Virus record (IMG/VR): IMGVR_UViG_3300009506_000084
Coordinates: 195 to 64,194 of that record
Direction: 5' to 3' (one strand)
DNA from: a virus
Lineage: Duplodnaviria; Caudoviricetes
Length of the DNA stretch: 64,000 nucleotides
Shown here in pieces: positions 18,744 to 28,669 of this stretch. The first letter of the stretch is position 1, and the number at the start of each line of letters is the position of its first letter. The translations under genes and the position numbers were made by a program. The notes below the pieces were generated by a model, which did no database searches, was not told the DNA's origin, and saw nothing but the letters and a program-made list of their open reading frames with translations.

Positions 18744-18949
18744 GGGATGGAATCAGCCGTGCAACCCTTTGGGAATATGAAATCGCCAACATTCACGGCT
18801 CCAAGACCGCGCTGAACGGGTTTGGCGCTGAGGGGTGGGAACTGGTCTGTTTTGACGACGGCTTGGCTTACTTCAAGCGACCGCGCTTGCCGGAACCCGG
18901 TTGCTTGTGTCTGGACCGGAGGGTGATTGTGATGGACAACTACGAATGA
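18740..18949 (+). CDS. DUF4177-like small protein
   Basis: WEY...LNGFGAEGWELV..YFKRP motif. Confidence 0.6.
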   Translation: MRDGISRATLWEYEIANIHGSKTALNGFGAEGWELVCFDDGLAYFKRPRLPEPGCLCLDRRVIVMDNYE

Positions 18950-19782
18950 CCGAACTGCTCATCACCACGCCGCTGTGTCTCATCCATTGGGACGGTACCC
19001 GTCCCAATATCCTGCAATCAGGCAAGCAGGAAGAAGGGAACGGCAATTTTACCGGCATTACCTGGGATGAGCGGGCGGTCTACGTCGCGTGCAGCCAGGA
19101 CTTCCGGTACGGGGTCCAGATATTTAGCCGGAAGTTCACCCAGGGCGTGTTCCTGTGCAATGACCTGCACCAGACCCATCAGATTTTGTGGGCCAACGGC
19201 GGCTTGCACCTGTGCAACACAGGCAAGAACCGAATAGAACATTGGGATGGCAAAAGCTGGACCTGGACCGCGTTCAACCCGTCGCCGTGCGACATCGACC
19301 ACCTGAACGGCCTCTGGTTTGACGGTCGGCGCTTTTGGGTGACGGAGTTCCGGCACAGACCGGAAAGGCCGTCGGTGGTCCGGGTCTGCTCCGACGACTG
19401 GCAGCTTTTGCAGACCCTGACCGTCGGCCCGCCCATCCACAACCTGTACATCGAAGGCAACTGCATGTACAATCTGGTCAGCCGACAGCCCAAGGGCCTG
19501 TTGCGCACCCGCCTGGGCACCGGCAACCAGAAAAGGCTTCCCGTCCGGGGAGAGGAAAACAACCTGGTACGCGGGCTGGCAAGGACGGCGGGTAACTGGT
19601 TCGTCGGCCTGGGCCGTTGGGAAAAGGAACGCGGCGACCGTCACAAAGGGAATGCCCAGGTTGTCATCTTGGACAACGGCTTTCGGGAAGTGGACCGCAT
19701 CGTAATCAAGGACGTGGGGCCGACCAACGACGTGCGGGTCATCGGCGAGCACGACTTCGCGCACAACGGGGTAGGGTGGTGA
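18946..19782 (+). CDS. Beta-propeller protein (DUF4915/TIGR03032-like)
   Basis: Blade-like motifs THQIL, CNTGKNRI, DHLNGLW, IHNL, VRGLA. Confidence 0.5.
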   Translation: MTELLITTPLCLIHWDGTRPNILQSGKQEEGNGNFTGITWDERAVYVACSQDFRYGVQIFSRKFTQGVFLCNDLHQTHQILWANGGLHLCNTGKNRIEHWDGKSWTWTAFNPSPCDIDHLNGLWFDGRRFWVTEFRHRPERPSVVRVCSDDWQLLQTLTVGPPIHNLYIEGNCMYNLVSRQPKGLLRTRLGTGNQKRLPVRGEENNLVRGLARTAGNWFVGLGRWEKERGDRHKGNAQVVILDNGFREVDRIVIKDVGPTNDVRVIGEHDFAHNGVGW

Positions 19783-20480
19783 GCGATTGGGAATGGCGGC
19801 TTGAGCGCAAGTACAGCCCCGACCAGCCGCGCGTGCCCGCGGGGTCGCCGGAGGGAGGGCGGTGGACGAGTGGGGGCGGCGGCATCGCCAAGGTGGAACG
19901 ACAAGGTCCGAAAGCGGTGGCTCGTTACCTCCGTTCCAAGCCTAAGTATACGGATTTCAAGGTTCTTCCCAAGGAGGAGTTCGACGAGCGGTTTGGGAAC
20001 GAGTACGGCGGCCTTACGGGCGATACTGCGGCCACCGCCCTGCGCACGGGCGAAATCTACATCAGGGAAGGAAACGAGGACTTCGCCCTTCATGAGCTAG
20101 TCCACGCCGCCGGGTTCATGCCTGACGGTGCGGGTCGCTTTCTTAACGAGGGCATGACCCAAGCCGCAGCAGAGGAAATAGGAAAGCTCGGCGGAATAAC
20201 AGTCTACCCGAGTTATGGAAAGGAACGCCGTTTCGTAGAAAAATACGTGATTCCCGCTACTGGGCTCTCAGCGCAAGAGGTGTTCCGGGGTTATGCTGGG
20301 GCGGCCCATAAGACGAGGTACCTTGTTGACTTGATTTGGAAGAAGCACGGTGACAAGTTCTCCAACGCCGAAGATTGGGGGCCTAACACGAGGAAAGGTT
20401 TTGAGCAGACGCTGGAGCAAACCATCGGTTCGAATATCTATCTCAGCTACCTGATAGACGAATTGGGAGTCGCAAAGTGA
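19779..20480 (+). CDS. Tagged zincin metallopeptidase
   Basis: Leader MSDWEWRLERKYSPDQPRVPAGSPEGGRWTSGGGG; HELVH plus downstream LNEGMT. Confidence 0.8.
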   Translation: MSDWEWRLERKYSPDQPRVPAGSPEGGRWTSGGGGIAKVERQGPKAVARYLRSKPKYTDFKVLPKEEFDERFGNEYGGLTGDTAATALRTGEIYIREGNEDFALHELVHAAGFMPDGAGRFLNEGMTQAAAEEIGKLGGITVYPSYGKERRFVEKYVIPATGLSAQEVFRGYAGAAHKTRYLVDLIWKKHGDKFSNAEDWGPNTRKGFEQTLEQTIGSNIYLSYLIDELGVAK

Positions 20481-21349
20481 CCGAGATCACGTTCCTGAAG
20501 TCCGTGCACCACTACGACAGCTACACCGACTTCTTCAAGCTGGCGGAATTGGCGGGCTTCCCCGTCAAGCGGGTGGACGAGCTGGACGTGAGCCAGCCGG
20601 GCGTGTTCATCACCAGCCCGATGAACGGGGACTGGCGCGAACATCTGCGATCCCAGGCCGACCGGACCCGCAACGCCCACCTGATTTTGTGGAACATCGA
20701 ACGACCGGCGGGCAGCAGCGGCAGCGTCGGCCAATACGGGGAGAGCAACCGGCGCCTGATGTACGGCCAGGAGGAAGACGGGTCGAAGGCCCCTTGCCGC
20801 TACATCGATGAAGTGTGGGTCAGCGACCGGCAACTGGCGCTGGAAACGGGGCTGCGCTTCGTCCCGCTTGGCTCCAACGCGGGTATGGGCAGACCGGGCC
20901 AGCCCAACGAAAAGCGGTACGACCTGGTCCACATAAGCTACACTGGCCCGCCGAGAAGGCAGACCATCTACAACCACTTCCAGAAGTCGCAAGTTGGCCC
21001 CAACTGCTGGCCGCCGGAACGCGACAAGGTCTTGCAAAGGAGCCGGTTCGCCCTGAACGTCCACCAGGACAACCATCCTTTTTGCGAACCCTTGCGCTTT
21101 GCCCTTTTCGCCGCCTATGGCCTGCCCATCCTGACGGAAACGGTCATCGACGCCTTTCCCTATTGCGACCGGACCATGCAATTTGCCAATTACGACCATT
21201 TGGTGCCACGGATGCGCGACATGCTCAAGGATGATTACAACCGGTGGCTGGCGATGGGCCAGCGGTGCCGGGACCGCATGATTGGGGAGTTTGAATTCGG
21301 CAAGGTGGTGAAAGAGGCGGTCAACCAGACGGTCGGGGACTGGCGATGA
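20477..21349 (+). CDS. GT-B-like glycosyltransferase
   Basis: SRFALNVHQD..EPLRF..GLPILTE C-terminal motif. Confidence 0.6.
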   Translation: MTEITFLKSVHHYDSYTDFFKLAELAGFPVKRVDELDVSQPGVFITSPMNGDWREHLRSQADRTRNAHLILWNIERPAGSSGSVGQYGESNRRLMYGQEEDGSKAPCRYIDEVWVSDRQLALETGLRFVPLGSNAGMGRPGQPNEKRYDLVHISYTGPPRRQTIYNHFQKSQVGPNCWPPERDKVLQRSRFALNVHQDNHPFCEPLRFALFAAYGLPILTETVIDAFPYCDRTMQFANYDHLVPRMRDMLKDDYNRWLAMGQRCRDRMIGEFEFGKVVKEAVNQTVGDWR

Positions 21350-21843
21350 CCCACTGGCCGGACATATGGGTGAACGGGGAAAACAACCTGTGGCTGGTCA
21401 ACGGGGGAAATCCGCTCTATTTGGATTGTTGTCGGGTTCGCGATGTACATTGGACCGTCGTAGCAACCCAGGTCTGCGCTTACTGCGGTTCGGAGAACGA
21501 AACCAGCCGTTGCCCTAATTGTGGGGGCAAGGTGACTGAGCGGTCCATCATCAAGGCAAAAGGAGCGACGGTCACAGTTTCGGGGTATCTGCCGAGTTCT
21601 TGGCCGCTCTTTGTTTTGGGCGAGAAGGACCGCCTGGAAGTCCTGCGCCGGTGTTGCGGGCGGCGGGATTGGTACGAATCGGATGAAGTCATTGTAAGGA
21701 TGGACAATATCGTGGTGACCGGCAGGAAGATTCCACACCTGGTTGTTCTGGACCCAGGCGATGAGGATGCGCTTGAACTGGTTGTAACGCTGAATTGTGA
21801 TGCCCGCCTGTTTGTCGATGAGGAACGCTATGGTACCGGATGA
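21346..21843 (+). CDS. Zinc-ribbon hypothetical protein
   Basis: CAYCG...CPNCGG. Confidence 0.5.
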   Translation: MTHWPDIWVNGENNLWLVNGGNPLYLDCCRVRDVHWTVVATQVCAYCGSENETSRCPNCGGKVTERSIIKAKGATVTVSGYLPSSWPLFVLGEKDRLEVLRRCCGRRDWYESDEVIVRMDNIVVTGRKIPHLVVLDPGDEDALELVVTLNCDARLFVDEERYGTG

Positions 21844-22300
21844 ACTGTATTATCAGTTTCTGGCCCTGATGCCGCTGTGCTGTGTGGATGTGGCTATTGT
21901 CCAGGGCGGGGCGGTGTTACTGGTCAAGCGGGCGTGCGCCCCGGCCAAGGGGCAGTGGTGGCTGCCTGGTGGCCGCGTGCTGAAGGGCGAGACCTTGCGC
22001 CAGGCCGCGCACCGCAAGGCGGTGGGGGAAACTGGCCTGGATTGTCATGTCGGCCCGCTCATCCACAGCGCCGAGACCCTCTTTGACGACGGGCCGGGAG
22101 ATATCAGCGTTCATTCGGTCAATTCCTGTTTCCTGTTGTGGCCGAAAGAGGGAGGGCAAAAGGTCCAGCTTGACGGCCAGAGCATTGATTTCAATTGGGT
22201 CTGCGACCCCCAGGAATTCTACGAGTTAACGGAAGAAGGGGCGGAGAAGGTCAGATTGCACCCGTATGTGATGTCTTGTCTAGCAGGGGCCGGGCTATGA
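21830..22300 (+). CDS. gmm: GDP-mannose mannosyl hydrolase-like NUDIX protein
   Basis: MPLCCVDVAI..LLVKR..PAKGQWWLPGGRVLKGET; C-terminal LHPY. Confidence 0.75.
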   Translation: MVPDELYYQFLALMPLCCVDVAIVQGGAVLLVKRACAPAKGQWWLPGGRVLKGETLRQAAHRKAVGETGLDCHVGPLIHSAETLFDDGPGDISVHSVNSCFLLWPKEGGQKVQLDGQSIDFNWVCDPQEFYELTEEGAEKVRLHPYVMSCLAGAGL

Positions 22301-23100
22301 GCGACAACCTGAAATGGGTCTTGAAAGAGGAAAAAGGCGGGCGGGGGTCTGGTCACTGGGGGCATGCCGGGGACCCGCCACACCGTGGCGGCAGCGTGGC
22401 GGGCGGCGGTCACTGGACGCTGGTCAAGGTCAAATGCCCTATAAACAACCCGGTGGCCGTCGAAATCTGCCAGCGACTGACCGCGGCGGCGGAGAAACGT
22501 GGGGAATTTCCGACGACCGCAGAGGTCAAGAAGCACAACCGATACTTGAAATCTATGAGCCATGAAGAAAAAGTGGACTATATCATAGAGAAAAAGTTGA
22601 AAAGTGCCTCAAAAAAGCTCAACGCGGAAGCCGAACCTGTGTTGCGCAAGGTCTTGGAGGATTTGCCGGATGGGCATCTTGACCTAATCAGGGCAACACA
22701 GTTCAAGCTGGCCCGCAAGTGGCCGGAGGAATCTGACTACACCAGTGAAGACACAGCGGGCACCTTTTCCAGCATGAATAATGTCGTGACGGTACTCGAC
22801 AAGTACAATGACCCCGGTGTTTGGGCACACGAAATCGGCCATGCTGTCCACTACAAGACCGAGAGCCAGATTGGAGGGTATTATCAAAACACGGGCCTGT
22901 GGGGGGCAACCTGGTCGTCGCTTAAAAAGCACATGCCGACCAACTACGCCCGGACCGATGCGGCAGAAGGTTTTGCTGAGTGTTACGAGTACTATTGCAA
23001 AGGAGCCATTTTCAAGTACCAGATGAACCATGAATTGGTCCAAATTTTCGACAGGGTGTTTTCGGAACCACCCAAGAAATGGGGAGATTACATGCAATGA
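22297..23100 (+). CDS. Leader-bearing zincin metallopeptidase with an alternative Gly/His tag
   Basis: MSDNLKWVLKEEK then GGRGSGHWGHAGDPPHRGGS; HEIGH and TNYARTDAAEGFAE. Confidence 0.78.
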   Translation: MSDNLKWVLKEEKGGRGSGHWGHAGDPPHRGGSVAGGGHWTLVKVKCPINNPVAVEICQRLTAAAEKRGEFPTTAEVKKHNRYLKSMSHEEKVDYIIEKKLKSASKKLNAEAEPVLRKVLEDLPDGHLDLIRATQFKLARKWPEESDYTSEDTAGTFSSMNNVVTVLDKYNDPGVWAHEIGHAVHYKTESQIGGYYQNTGLWGATWSSLKKHMPTNYARTDAAEGFAECYEYYCKGAIFKYQMNHELVQIFDRVFSEPPKKWGDYMQ

Positions 23101-23360
23101 ATCTGAACATCATAATGGGCGACCAGGTAGTGGGCAAAATCAAGCCAGACGGGTTCTACTCCGACGATGAGCGATTGTCTCTGATGCTGGTCGACATGTT
23201 TGACGGGCGCGGGGCAGAAGTGTGGAAAAGCACAAAGACCGATGAGGGTATAGCCGATTCCATTGCCAGTTACGTCAAGCCAGGAGAAAAGGACTTTGAA
23301 AGCCTGATGATGACCCAATTGACCCGGCGCGGTTACGTGTTGGCGATGGTGGAGGACTAA
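23097..23360 (+). CDS. Small acidic protein, candidate partner/immunity of the upstream peptidase
   Basis: ATGA overlap with the peptidase stop; 87 aa. Confidence 0.5.
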   Translation: MNLNIIMGDQVVGKIKPDGFYSDDERLSLMLVDMFDGRGAEVWKSTKTDEGIADSIASYVKPGEKDFESLMMTQLTRRGYVLAMVED

Positions 23361-24103
23361 TGCCGGTTCTAAGCGGTTTCACATTCATTCACAACGGGAT
23401 TGAAGGAGGCTACCCGTTCATAGAGGCCATCTATTCTGTCTGGCCTTTTGTAGACGAAATTGTGGTCATCGACGCCGACAGTGACGACGGGACACTGGAC
23501 GTACTCTTGCAGATGGGCGACAAGGTCCGGGTCATCGATGCCAGGTGGGGCAACCGGGCCGGGGAAACGCTGGCCCGCCTGCACGCCATGAATGAGCTTT
23601 GCAGGGGCGATGTGATTGTCCATTTTGAGGCCGATGAGGTCTGGGACCCCAACCTACTCGGCGTCGTAACCTACCAGATACGCTACGGCCAAGGGCGCGA
23701 TTTTGTGGTCTACCGCATCCAGGTGGAGCAGAATTTCCAGCGGGTGCGATGGTACCCGTGGCCGGTCCACCGGGTCTTTCCCAGGGGCAGCGTCAAGAAA
23801 ATCGGGGAATCGACCAATCGGCACGGCCAGGCAATGGTTGTGTCTGCCGACCACGGCCTGCTGTGGGATTGCACCAACTGTTTCCGCGACGACTGGCTGG
23901 GCCGAATCAAGAACCAGAGCATCTTGCGCAACCAAGAGGCGTTGAACCTGCTTGCGGTCCCCAACCACGCCAACGGCCCCAACCGGGTGGACGACATCGA
24001 CCAATTTCTGGCACAACCACACTGGACCTACACGACCAGCCCCCTTGCCCTGCCGGACATCCTGAGGCCTCTGGTCGGGAGGACAAGCTATGCCCCTGTA
24101 TGA
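23360..24103 (+). CDS. GT2-like glycosyltransferase
   Basis: LSGFTFIHNG..YPFIEAI..VDEIVVIDADSDDGT, FEADEVW. Confidence 0.8.
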   Translation: MPVLSGFTFIHNGIEGGYPFIEAIYSVWPFVDEIVVIDADSDDGTLDVLLQMGDKVRVIDARWGNRAGETLARLHAMNELCRGDVIVHFEADEVWDPNLLGVVTYQIRYGQGRDFVVYRIQVEQNFQRVRWYPWPVHRVFPRGSVKKIGESTNRHGQAMVVSADHGLLWDCTNCFRDDWLGRIKNQSILRNQEALNLLAVPNHANGPNRVDDIDQFLAQPHWTYTTSPLALPDILRPLVGRTSYAPV

Positions 24104-24302
24104 ATACCGGTGCGTGGACCCGGAATGTCGTCAGGTCAGCGAGTATATGAGGCCGTCAGCCAAGCGCAACGAACCGGCGATTTGCAAGGTCTGTGGCAAA
24201 GCTGCCAGGCGCATCATCTCGACGCCGCAACCTTGGAAGGGGGTGTGGGCCGAGCCGGTACACCCGGAGAAGTTGAGGACCACGAAGGAGATATGGGAAT
24301 GA
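24090..24302 (+). CDS. FmdB-family zinc-ribbon protein
   Basis: MPLYEYRC..C...CKVCG..ARRIIS. Confidence 0.75.
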   Translation: MPLYEYRCVDPECRQVSEYMRPSAKRNEPAICKVCGKAARRIISTPQPWKGVWAEPVHPEKLRTTKEIWE

Positions 24303-24679
24303 CAGACCCATTCAACGACTTCTTTGAACCGTTTGAATGGACCCGAAAGATGCGATTCTTGTTCTGGCTGGGCAAGCACATCGGCAACATTCGCTATCGC
24401 CTGGGTCTGACCCATCAGTTTCATTGCCAGGAATGTGGGTGGCCGATGATGGAGCGATACGATGGTCATTACTGGCACTGGCTTTGCTCAAATTCCGATT
24501 GTGGCTTTGAGCGACCCTGCCGACACGCTCCACAGGTTTTGAAGCGACAACACCGCGTGGTGGCTCATTTGCGGGTCATTTGGAAAGAGTCTCAAGTTAG
24601 GCACCAACAGGCGAACGCGGAGTTTCAGGGCCTGCTTGCCAACAGGCTATATGAAGCCGGAAAAAGGAGACAACGGTGA
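24299..24679 (+). CDS. Zinc-finger hypothetical protein
   Basis: CQECG..CSNSDC; ATGA overlap. Confidence 0.45.
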   Translation: MTDPFNDFFEPFEWTRKMRFLFWLGKHIGNIRYRLGLTHQFHCQECGWPMMERYDGHYWHWLCSNSDCGFERPCRHAPQVLKRQHRVVAHLRVIWKESQVRHQQANAEFQGLLANRLYEAGKRRQR

Positions 24680-24891
24680 TGCTTTTTCTGCCGATGATTG
24701 AGGCCCGGCAGGAATACGCGAAAATCATGTGTGACCATGAGTGGCAGATGGCAGACCTGCAACGGGATTACAGCCGAAAGATGATGGACCTGGCGTCGGA
24801 TTTCTCGGACAACCGACAGGACTTGCAAGAAGTCCTGGCCTATCGTTTGCAGGCATCAGGATTTTGGGGAGGATGGTGGTTAAAGAAATGA
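24676..24891 (+). CDS. Hypothetical protein
   Basis: Overlapping start/stop packing. Confidence 0.4.
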   Translation: MMLFLPMIEARQEYAKIMCDHEWQMADLQRDYSRKMMDLASDFSDNRQDLQEVLAYRLQASGFWGGWWLKK

Positions 24892-25634
24892 GCGTTACCT
24901 TTGTCACCTTTTGCCACCCGCCGCGGTATGTCGAAAAGCTGCACCGACCTGGGGCCTTGCAGAACATGGTCGCCAGCCACGCGTGGCCCTTTGACAAGGT
25001 GATTGTGGTCCACCAGAAATGTAGGAGCCAAGACTACCCGCCATTTGACACAGCTTGTCAGCCGGTCGACTTGCCGCGGGAGAAGTTCGACCCATTACTG
25101 TTGCGGTTTGGGGTGGATCCGACCAACGCCAGGGCGGAAGAATTGACCCACGGGGAGGGGGCCGCGCACTGGTGGAAGGCGCACGTGGTTAACCACTTGT
25201 GCGGCTTGGAGCACACCACCGGGGAGTTCGTGGTCTTTGCCGACTGTGACACCTACATCAAGTCGCAACCGTCATCCTGGGTCGGTCTGGGTATCGCTAT
25301 TCTGCGGAACAAGCCAGAGGTCTTGATTGTTAGCCCCGGCGACGGGGCGCAGAACGGCGGGCCGGGGGAAGGCGGTCATTGGGAGGATGGAACCCGGCTG
25401 ACCCGTAACGTCAGCCAGCAGCTTTTCATCTGCCGGGGTCAAGAGTTCAGGCAAAAGGTCAATTTCGACGTGCCGTGGAACGGCAAATTTGACGCCCCCG
25501 GCGGTCCCTTGCAGGAGTGGTATTTTATGCTTGAGGGCCGGTTGGGGCGCTATATGGACCAGAGCGGCCAGTGGCGGGCCATCTTACCTGACGCATGGCG
25601 CTATTGGCACGATTCCTATTGGGGGGCCGAATGA
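24888..25634 (+). CDS. GT-A-like glycosyltransferase
   Basis: GEFVVFADCDTYI (DxD), terminal YWH. Confidence 0.6.
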   Translation: MSVTFVTFCHPPRYVEKLHRPGALQNMVASHAWPFDKVIVVHQKCRSQDYPPFDTACQPVDLPREKFDPLLLRFGVDPTNARAEELTHGEGAAHWWKAHVVNHLCGLEHTTGEFVVFADCDTYIKSQPSSWVGLGIAILRNKPEVLIVSPGDGAQNGGPGEGGHWEDGTRLTRNVSQQLFICRGQEFRQKVNFDVPWNGKFDAPGGPLQEWYFMLEGRLGRYMDQSGQWRAILPDAWRYWHDSYWGAE

Positions 25635-26119
25635 GCGAAGCCGAAAACCCGCCCTACACGGTCCAATACAGCCATAACCGGCGCAACTGGTTTGACCTGA
25701 GCGGGCCTGCACCTCAGTCTTTCGATATCTGGGATGAAGCCCTGGTCTGGTATGAAAGGTTACTCGGCTATCATGGTCTATTGCGCTATGTTCGGATGCT
25801 CGACGGCAGCGGGTTTGAGGTCCTAATCAGTGAGATTCAAAAAGGGAGGCAAAAAGAAATGGCACACACAGATTGTTGCAAGTCAGAGACACAGCCGGAA
25901 ATCCGGGCGGGGTGGTTGCAACGGCTGGACGCGATTCAGGACGTGCTCAAGGAATCACTGGCGATTGAGGCGGAAATTGTCGGCCCGGTAGTTCAGGAGG
26001 GCCGGGAAAGCAAAAGCCCCGGCCACCTGTCAGACGGGTTGGGGTACCGGCTCTGCGAAATAGAATCGTTGTCTCACGCGGTCCTGGAACAACTCAACCA
26101 GATTCGGGCGCAGTTCTGA
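25631..26119 (+). CDS. Hypothetical protein
   Basis: Operon packing. Confidence 0.45.
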   Translation: MSEAENPPYTVQYSHNRRNWFDLSGPAPQSFDIWDEALVWYERLLGYHGLLRYVRMLDGSGFEVLISEIQKGRQKEMAHTDCCKSETQPEIRAGWLQRLDAIQDVLKESLAIEAEIVGPVVQEGRESKSPGHLSDGLGYRLCEIESLSHAVLEQLNQIRAQF

Positions 26120-27015
26120 TGCGCGTCTTGGTCACTGGCGGGTCTGGCCTTTTGGGCCGGTACCTGCTGAACACCCAACCCCGCAACATAGAAGCGGCGT
26201 ACACCTGGTACACTCGCAGCCAGCCGTGGACGGACTACCAGTTGGACGTTTGTGACAAGAGCATGGTCAGCTACGTCGTGGGCCGGGTCCAACCCGACGC
26301 CATCATTCACATGGCGGCAGCAGGCAACGTGGATTGGTGTGAAAACAACTACCGGGAGGCGTGGCGCTGCAACGTGGAGGGGACCGAGAACGTCTTGGCG
26401 GCGGCGGCAGACTACGGGGCCAAGGTGTTGCTGACCAGCACCAACGCGGTGTTCGACGGGGAGAACCCACCGTACCAGCCCGACGCGGAGCGCAACCCGG
26501 TCAACAGCTACGGCCGGATGCGGCGTAAGGCGGAAGACCTGTTTGCCCGGTACAAGGGAGAGTGGCAAGTTGCCCGACTGTTCCTGCTGTACGGGTGGGA
26601 GCCGCCGGGGGCGCGGGGCAATTGGGGGTCTGACGCCGTCCGGCGCTTAAGGCGGGGCGTGCCCATGCGGGTGGTGGATGACATCACCTACCAGCCGACC
26701 TATGCCGGGGACGCAGCGCGGGCGCTGTGGTGGCTGGTGACGGATTATGGGCCGGGGTACTACCACCTTTCTGGCGGCGACACGCTCAACCTGCACGCCT
26801 TTGTGCTCAAGGTGGCCGAAACGTGGGGCTACGACAAAAGCCTTATATCGGCTATAAGCATGTCGCAACTGGCCCACCTGAAAATGGCCCCCAGGCCACG
26901 CGATAGCAGCTACGTGCGAACCAACGGTCTGGGCCTGGTCTGCCGTGGGGTTGATAGCGGGCTGGCATCCATGCACCTGGAATGGCTGCAAGGGGCCGGG
27001 GGAGGACTTGAATGA
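26119..27015 (+). CDS. rmlD: dTDP-4-dehydrorhamnose reductase-like extended SDR
   Basis: VTGGSGLLG, HMAAAGNVDWCE, STNAVFDG, PVNSYG, PTYAGD, APRPRDS; the YxxxK lysine appears replaced (YGRMR). Confidence 0.75.
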   Translation: MRVLVTGGSGLLGRYLLNTQPRNIEAAYTWYTRSQPWTDYQLDVCDKSMVSYVVGRVQPDAIIHMAAAGNVDWCENNYREAWRCNVEGTENVLAAAADYGAKVLLTSTNAVFDGENPPYQPDAERNPVNSYGRMRRKAEDLFARYKGEWQVARLFLLYGWEPPGARGNWGSDAVRRLRRGVPMRVVDDITYQPTYAGDAARALWWLVTDYGPGYYHLSGGDTLNLHAFVLKVAETWGYDKSLISAISMSQLAHLKMAPRPRDSSYVRTNGLGLVCRGVDSGLASMHLEWLQGAGGGLE

Positions 27016-27497
27016 TGCGATGCGATTTGGACATCAACGAAATGGCGGGAAACATTAGGATTGAAATCGTCGTGAGCGGGATGCCCAAGTTCCGATTGAA
27101 GCTGTGGTTGTTTGGCCTGTTTGTCTGGCTGGCCCGCCTGTTCTCCCCATTCGATTTGCAGGTGGTAGAGGAAGAAGGGGAACCGGCGCTGCTGTTCTGC
27201 CCTTACTGCGGAAGGGAGAACGTGGAGCGGGTCATGCCGGGTCCTGACTATTTTCAGTGCCATCATTGCAGGTGCCAATACATGGTGCTGGACGGGAAGG
27301 TACAGGCAAGCCCGCGGCCCTGCGACTATGGCTGCGGCTTTGAGGAACCGTTCGGCTATGTGCCGGAGGCCGGTTGCCCCGTTCACGATTACCGTGAATG
27401 GGTTGAGAGCGATGAGGGACATGCCTGCCCTGACTGTTTGAACATTCAAGACCTTTTTGACGGCGGTGAGGACGATGAGCGACCCGACGGCGCATGA
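27012..27497 (+). CDS. Cys-rich hypothetical protein
   Basis: Several CxxC pairs. Confidence 0.45.
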   Translation: MMRCDLDINEMAGNIRIEIVVSGMPKFRLKLWLFGLFVWLARLFSPFDLQVVEEEGEPALLFCPYCGRENVERVMPGPDYFQCHHCRCQYMVLDGKVQASPRPCDYGCGFEEPFGYVPEAGCPVHDYREWVESDEGHACPDCLNIQDLFDGGEDDERPDGA

Positions 27498-27711
27498 AAA
27501 CCTGATAGGGATAAGGGCCGACGAACTGCTGCGCCAGCCGGAACGGGCGATGCCGTTCATCATCGCCCCGGCGCAATGGCTGGAACCGGGCCAAAGTTGC
27601 GTGTGGCACTACCACGACGTGTCCATCGTGCTGAAACACGACGGCCAGTTGTTCCGGGTGGCAGACGTGGTGGAGGACATAGGACAATGGGCGAATACCG
27701 CTGGAAGCTAG
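27475..27711 (+). CDS. Hypothetical protein
   Basis: GAGG RBS, operon packing. Confidence 0.4.
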   Translation: MSDPTAHENLIGIRADELLRQPERAMPFIIAPAQWLEPGQSCVWHYHDVSIVLKHDGQLFRVADVVEDIGQWANTAGS

Positions 27712-28478
27712 AGAAAAAGAAGTACGACCCTAATCAACCAAGAATCCCGGCGGGCCAATCCGGCGGGGGCCGGTGGACCAGCGGGGGAGGTGGCGGGGAA
27801 TCCTTTGCCAACATGGCCGTGGCGGGCAACGTGCAGAAAGACAAGGGACTTGGCGGCGGTGTCACTGAATCGCGCCTGTTGAGCTTTGGGGGAGGACAAG
27901 ACGGGGTCTGGAAGAAAGACGAGCCGGTTAACCGGGCTGACGCAGAAGTTGCCGTGGACCGATTGGACAATTTGTTGGGCATGGAAGTTGTTCCAGAAAC
28001 AGTGTTTTTGGAACGCGAAGGCAAGATGGGTTCCTGCCAACGGTTCGTGGGGGATGCCACGACCGCAGCGTGGATACTCGATAATGACGGAGAGGCCCGA
28101 TACAATGAGTTGTTACAGTCTAACCGGGAACGGGTAGAGGCCATGATTTTCCTTGATTGGATGAGCGGAAACAGGGATCGGCATTTTGGAAACGTGATTT
28201 TCGACAAAGAAGGAAAATTGTGGGCCATTGACAACGGGCAAGCTCAAGATTGGGATGCCCGTCGTGGCGCGGGCAAGGCATGGGCGGGCGACCTTGACCC
28301 CTCCGTCAGGCAAACGGGCCGATACGCCCTCACGTCGCCCAGGTTGAAGGAGTCCATAGGCAATATAGATTCCTTTGGGTTGTTGAAGGTTGTGAAGGGA
28401 ACCAGATACGAAAGGCAGTTTGAAGCGGCGCTTAGAAAATTGCGCCATGTTCAGAACACGGGGGAATTGATATGGTAG
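27687..28478 (+). CDS. Tagged PI3/PI4-kinase/HipA-like kinase
   Basis: Leader MGEYRWKLEKKKYDPNQPRIPAGQSGGGRWTSGGGGG; GLGGGVT, VWKK, AEVAV..LLG..VPET, DWMSGNRDRHFGN, WAIDNG. Confidence 0.82.
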   Translation: MGEYRWKLEKKKYDPNQPRIPAGQSGGGRWTSGGGGGESFANMAVAGNVQKDKGLGGGVTESRLLSFGGGQDGVWKKDEPVNRADAEVAVDRLDNLLGMEVVPETVFLEREGKMGSCQRFVGDATTAAWILDNDGEARYNELLQSNRERVEAMIFLDWMSGNRDRHFGNVIFDKEGKLWAIDNGQAQDWDARRGAGKAWAGDLDPSVRQTGRYALTSPRLKESIGNIDSFGLLKVVKGTRYERQFEAALRKLRHVQNTGELIW

Positions 28479-28669
28479 TCATTTTCTATCAGACCACCAC
28501 GGGCGGTGGCGCAGAAGTTGCACGGGTCAACTTGGTGGACGGACGATTAGAAGGGCCGAAAACTTACGTGGACCTGTTGCTATCTGCGGGCCAGCAACCT
28601 GCAGAAGCCATGAAACAAGCTCCGTCTCGGTTCAACGGCTCTTATTTGCGGGCGAAGTTTCAAGCATGA
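28472..28669 (+). CDS. Small protein, candidate partner of the kinase
   Basis: Overlaps the kinase stop; 65 aa; PSRFNGSYLRA. Confidence 0.5.
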   Translation: MVVIFYQTTTGGGAEVARVNLVDGRLEGPKTYVDLLLSAGQQPAEAMKQAPSRFNGSYLRAKFQA

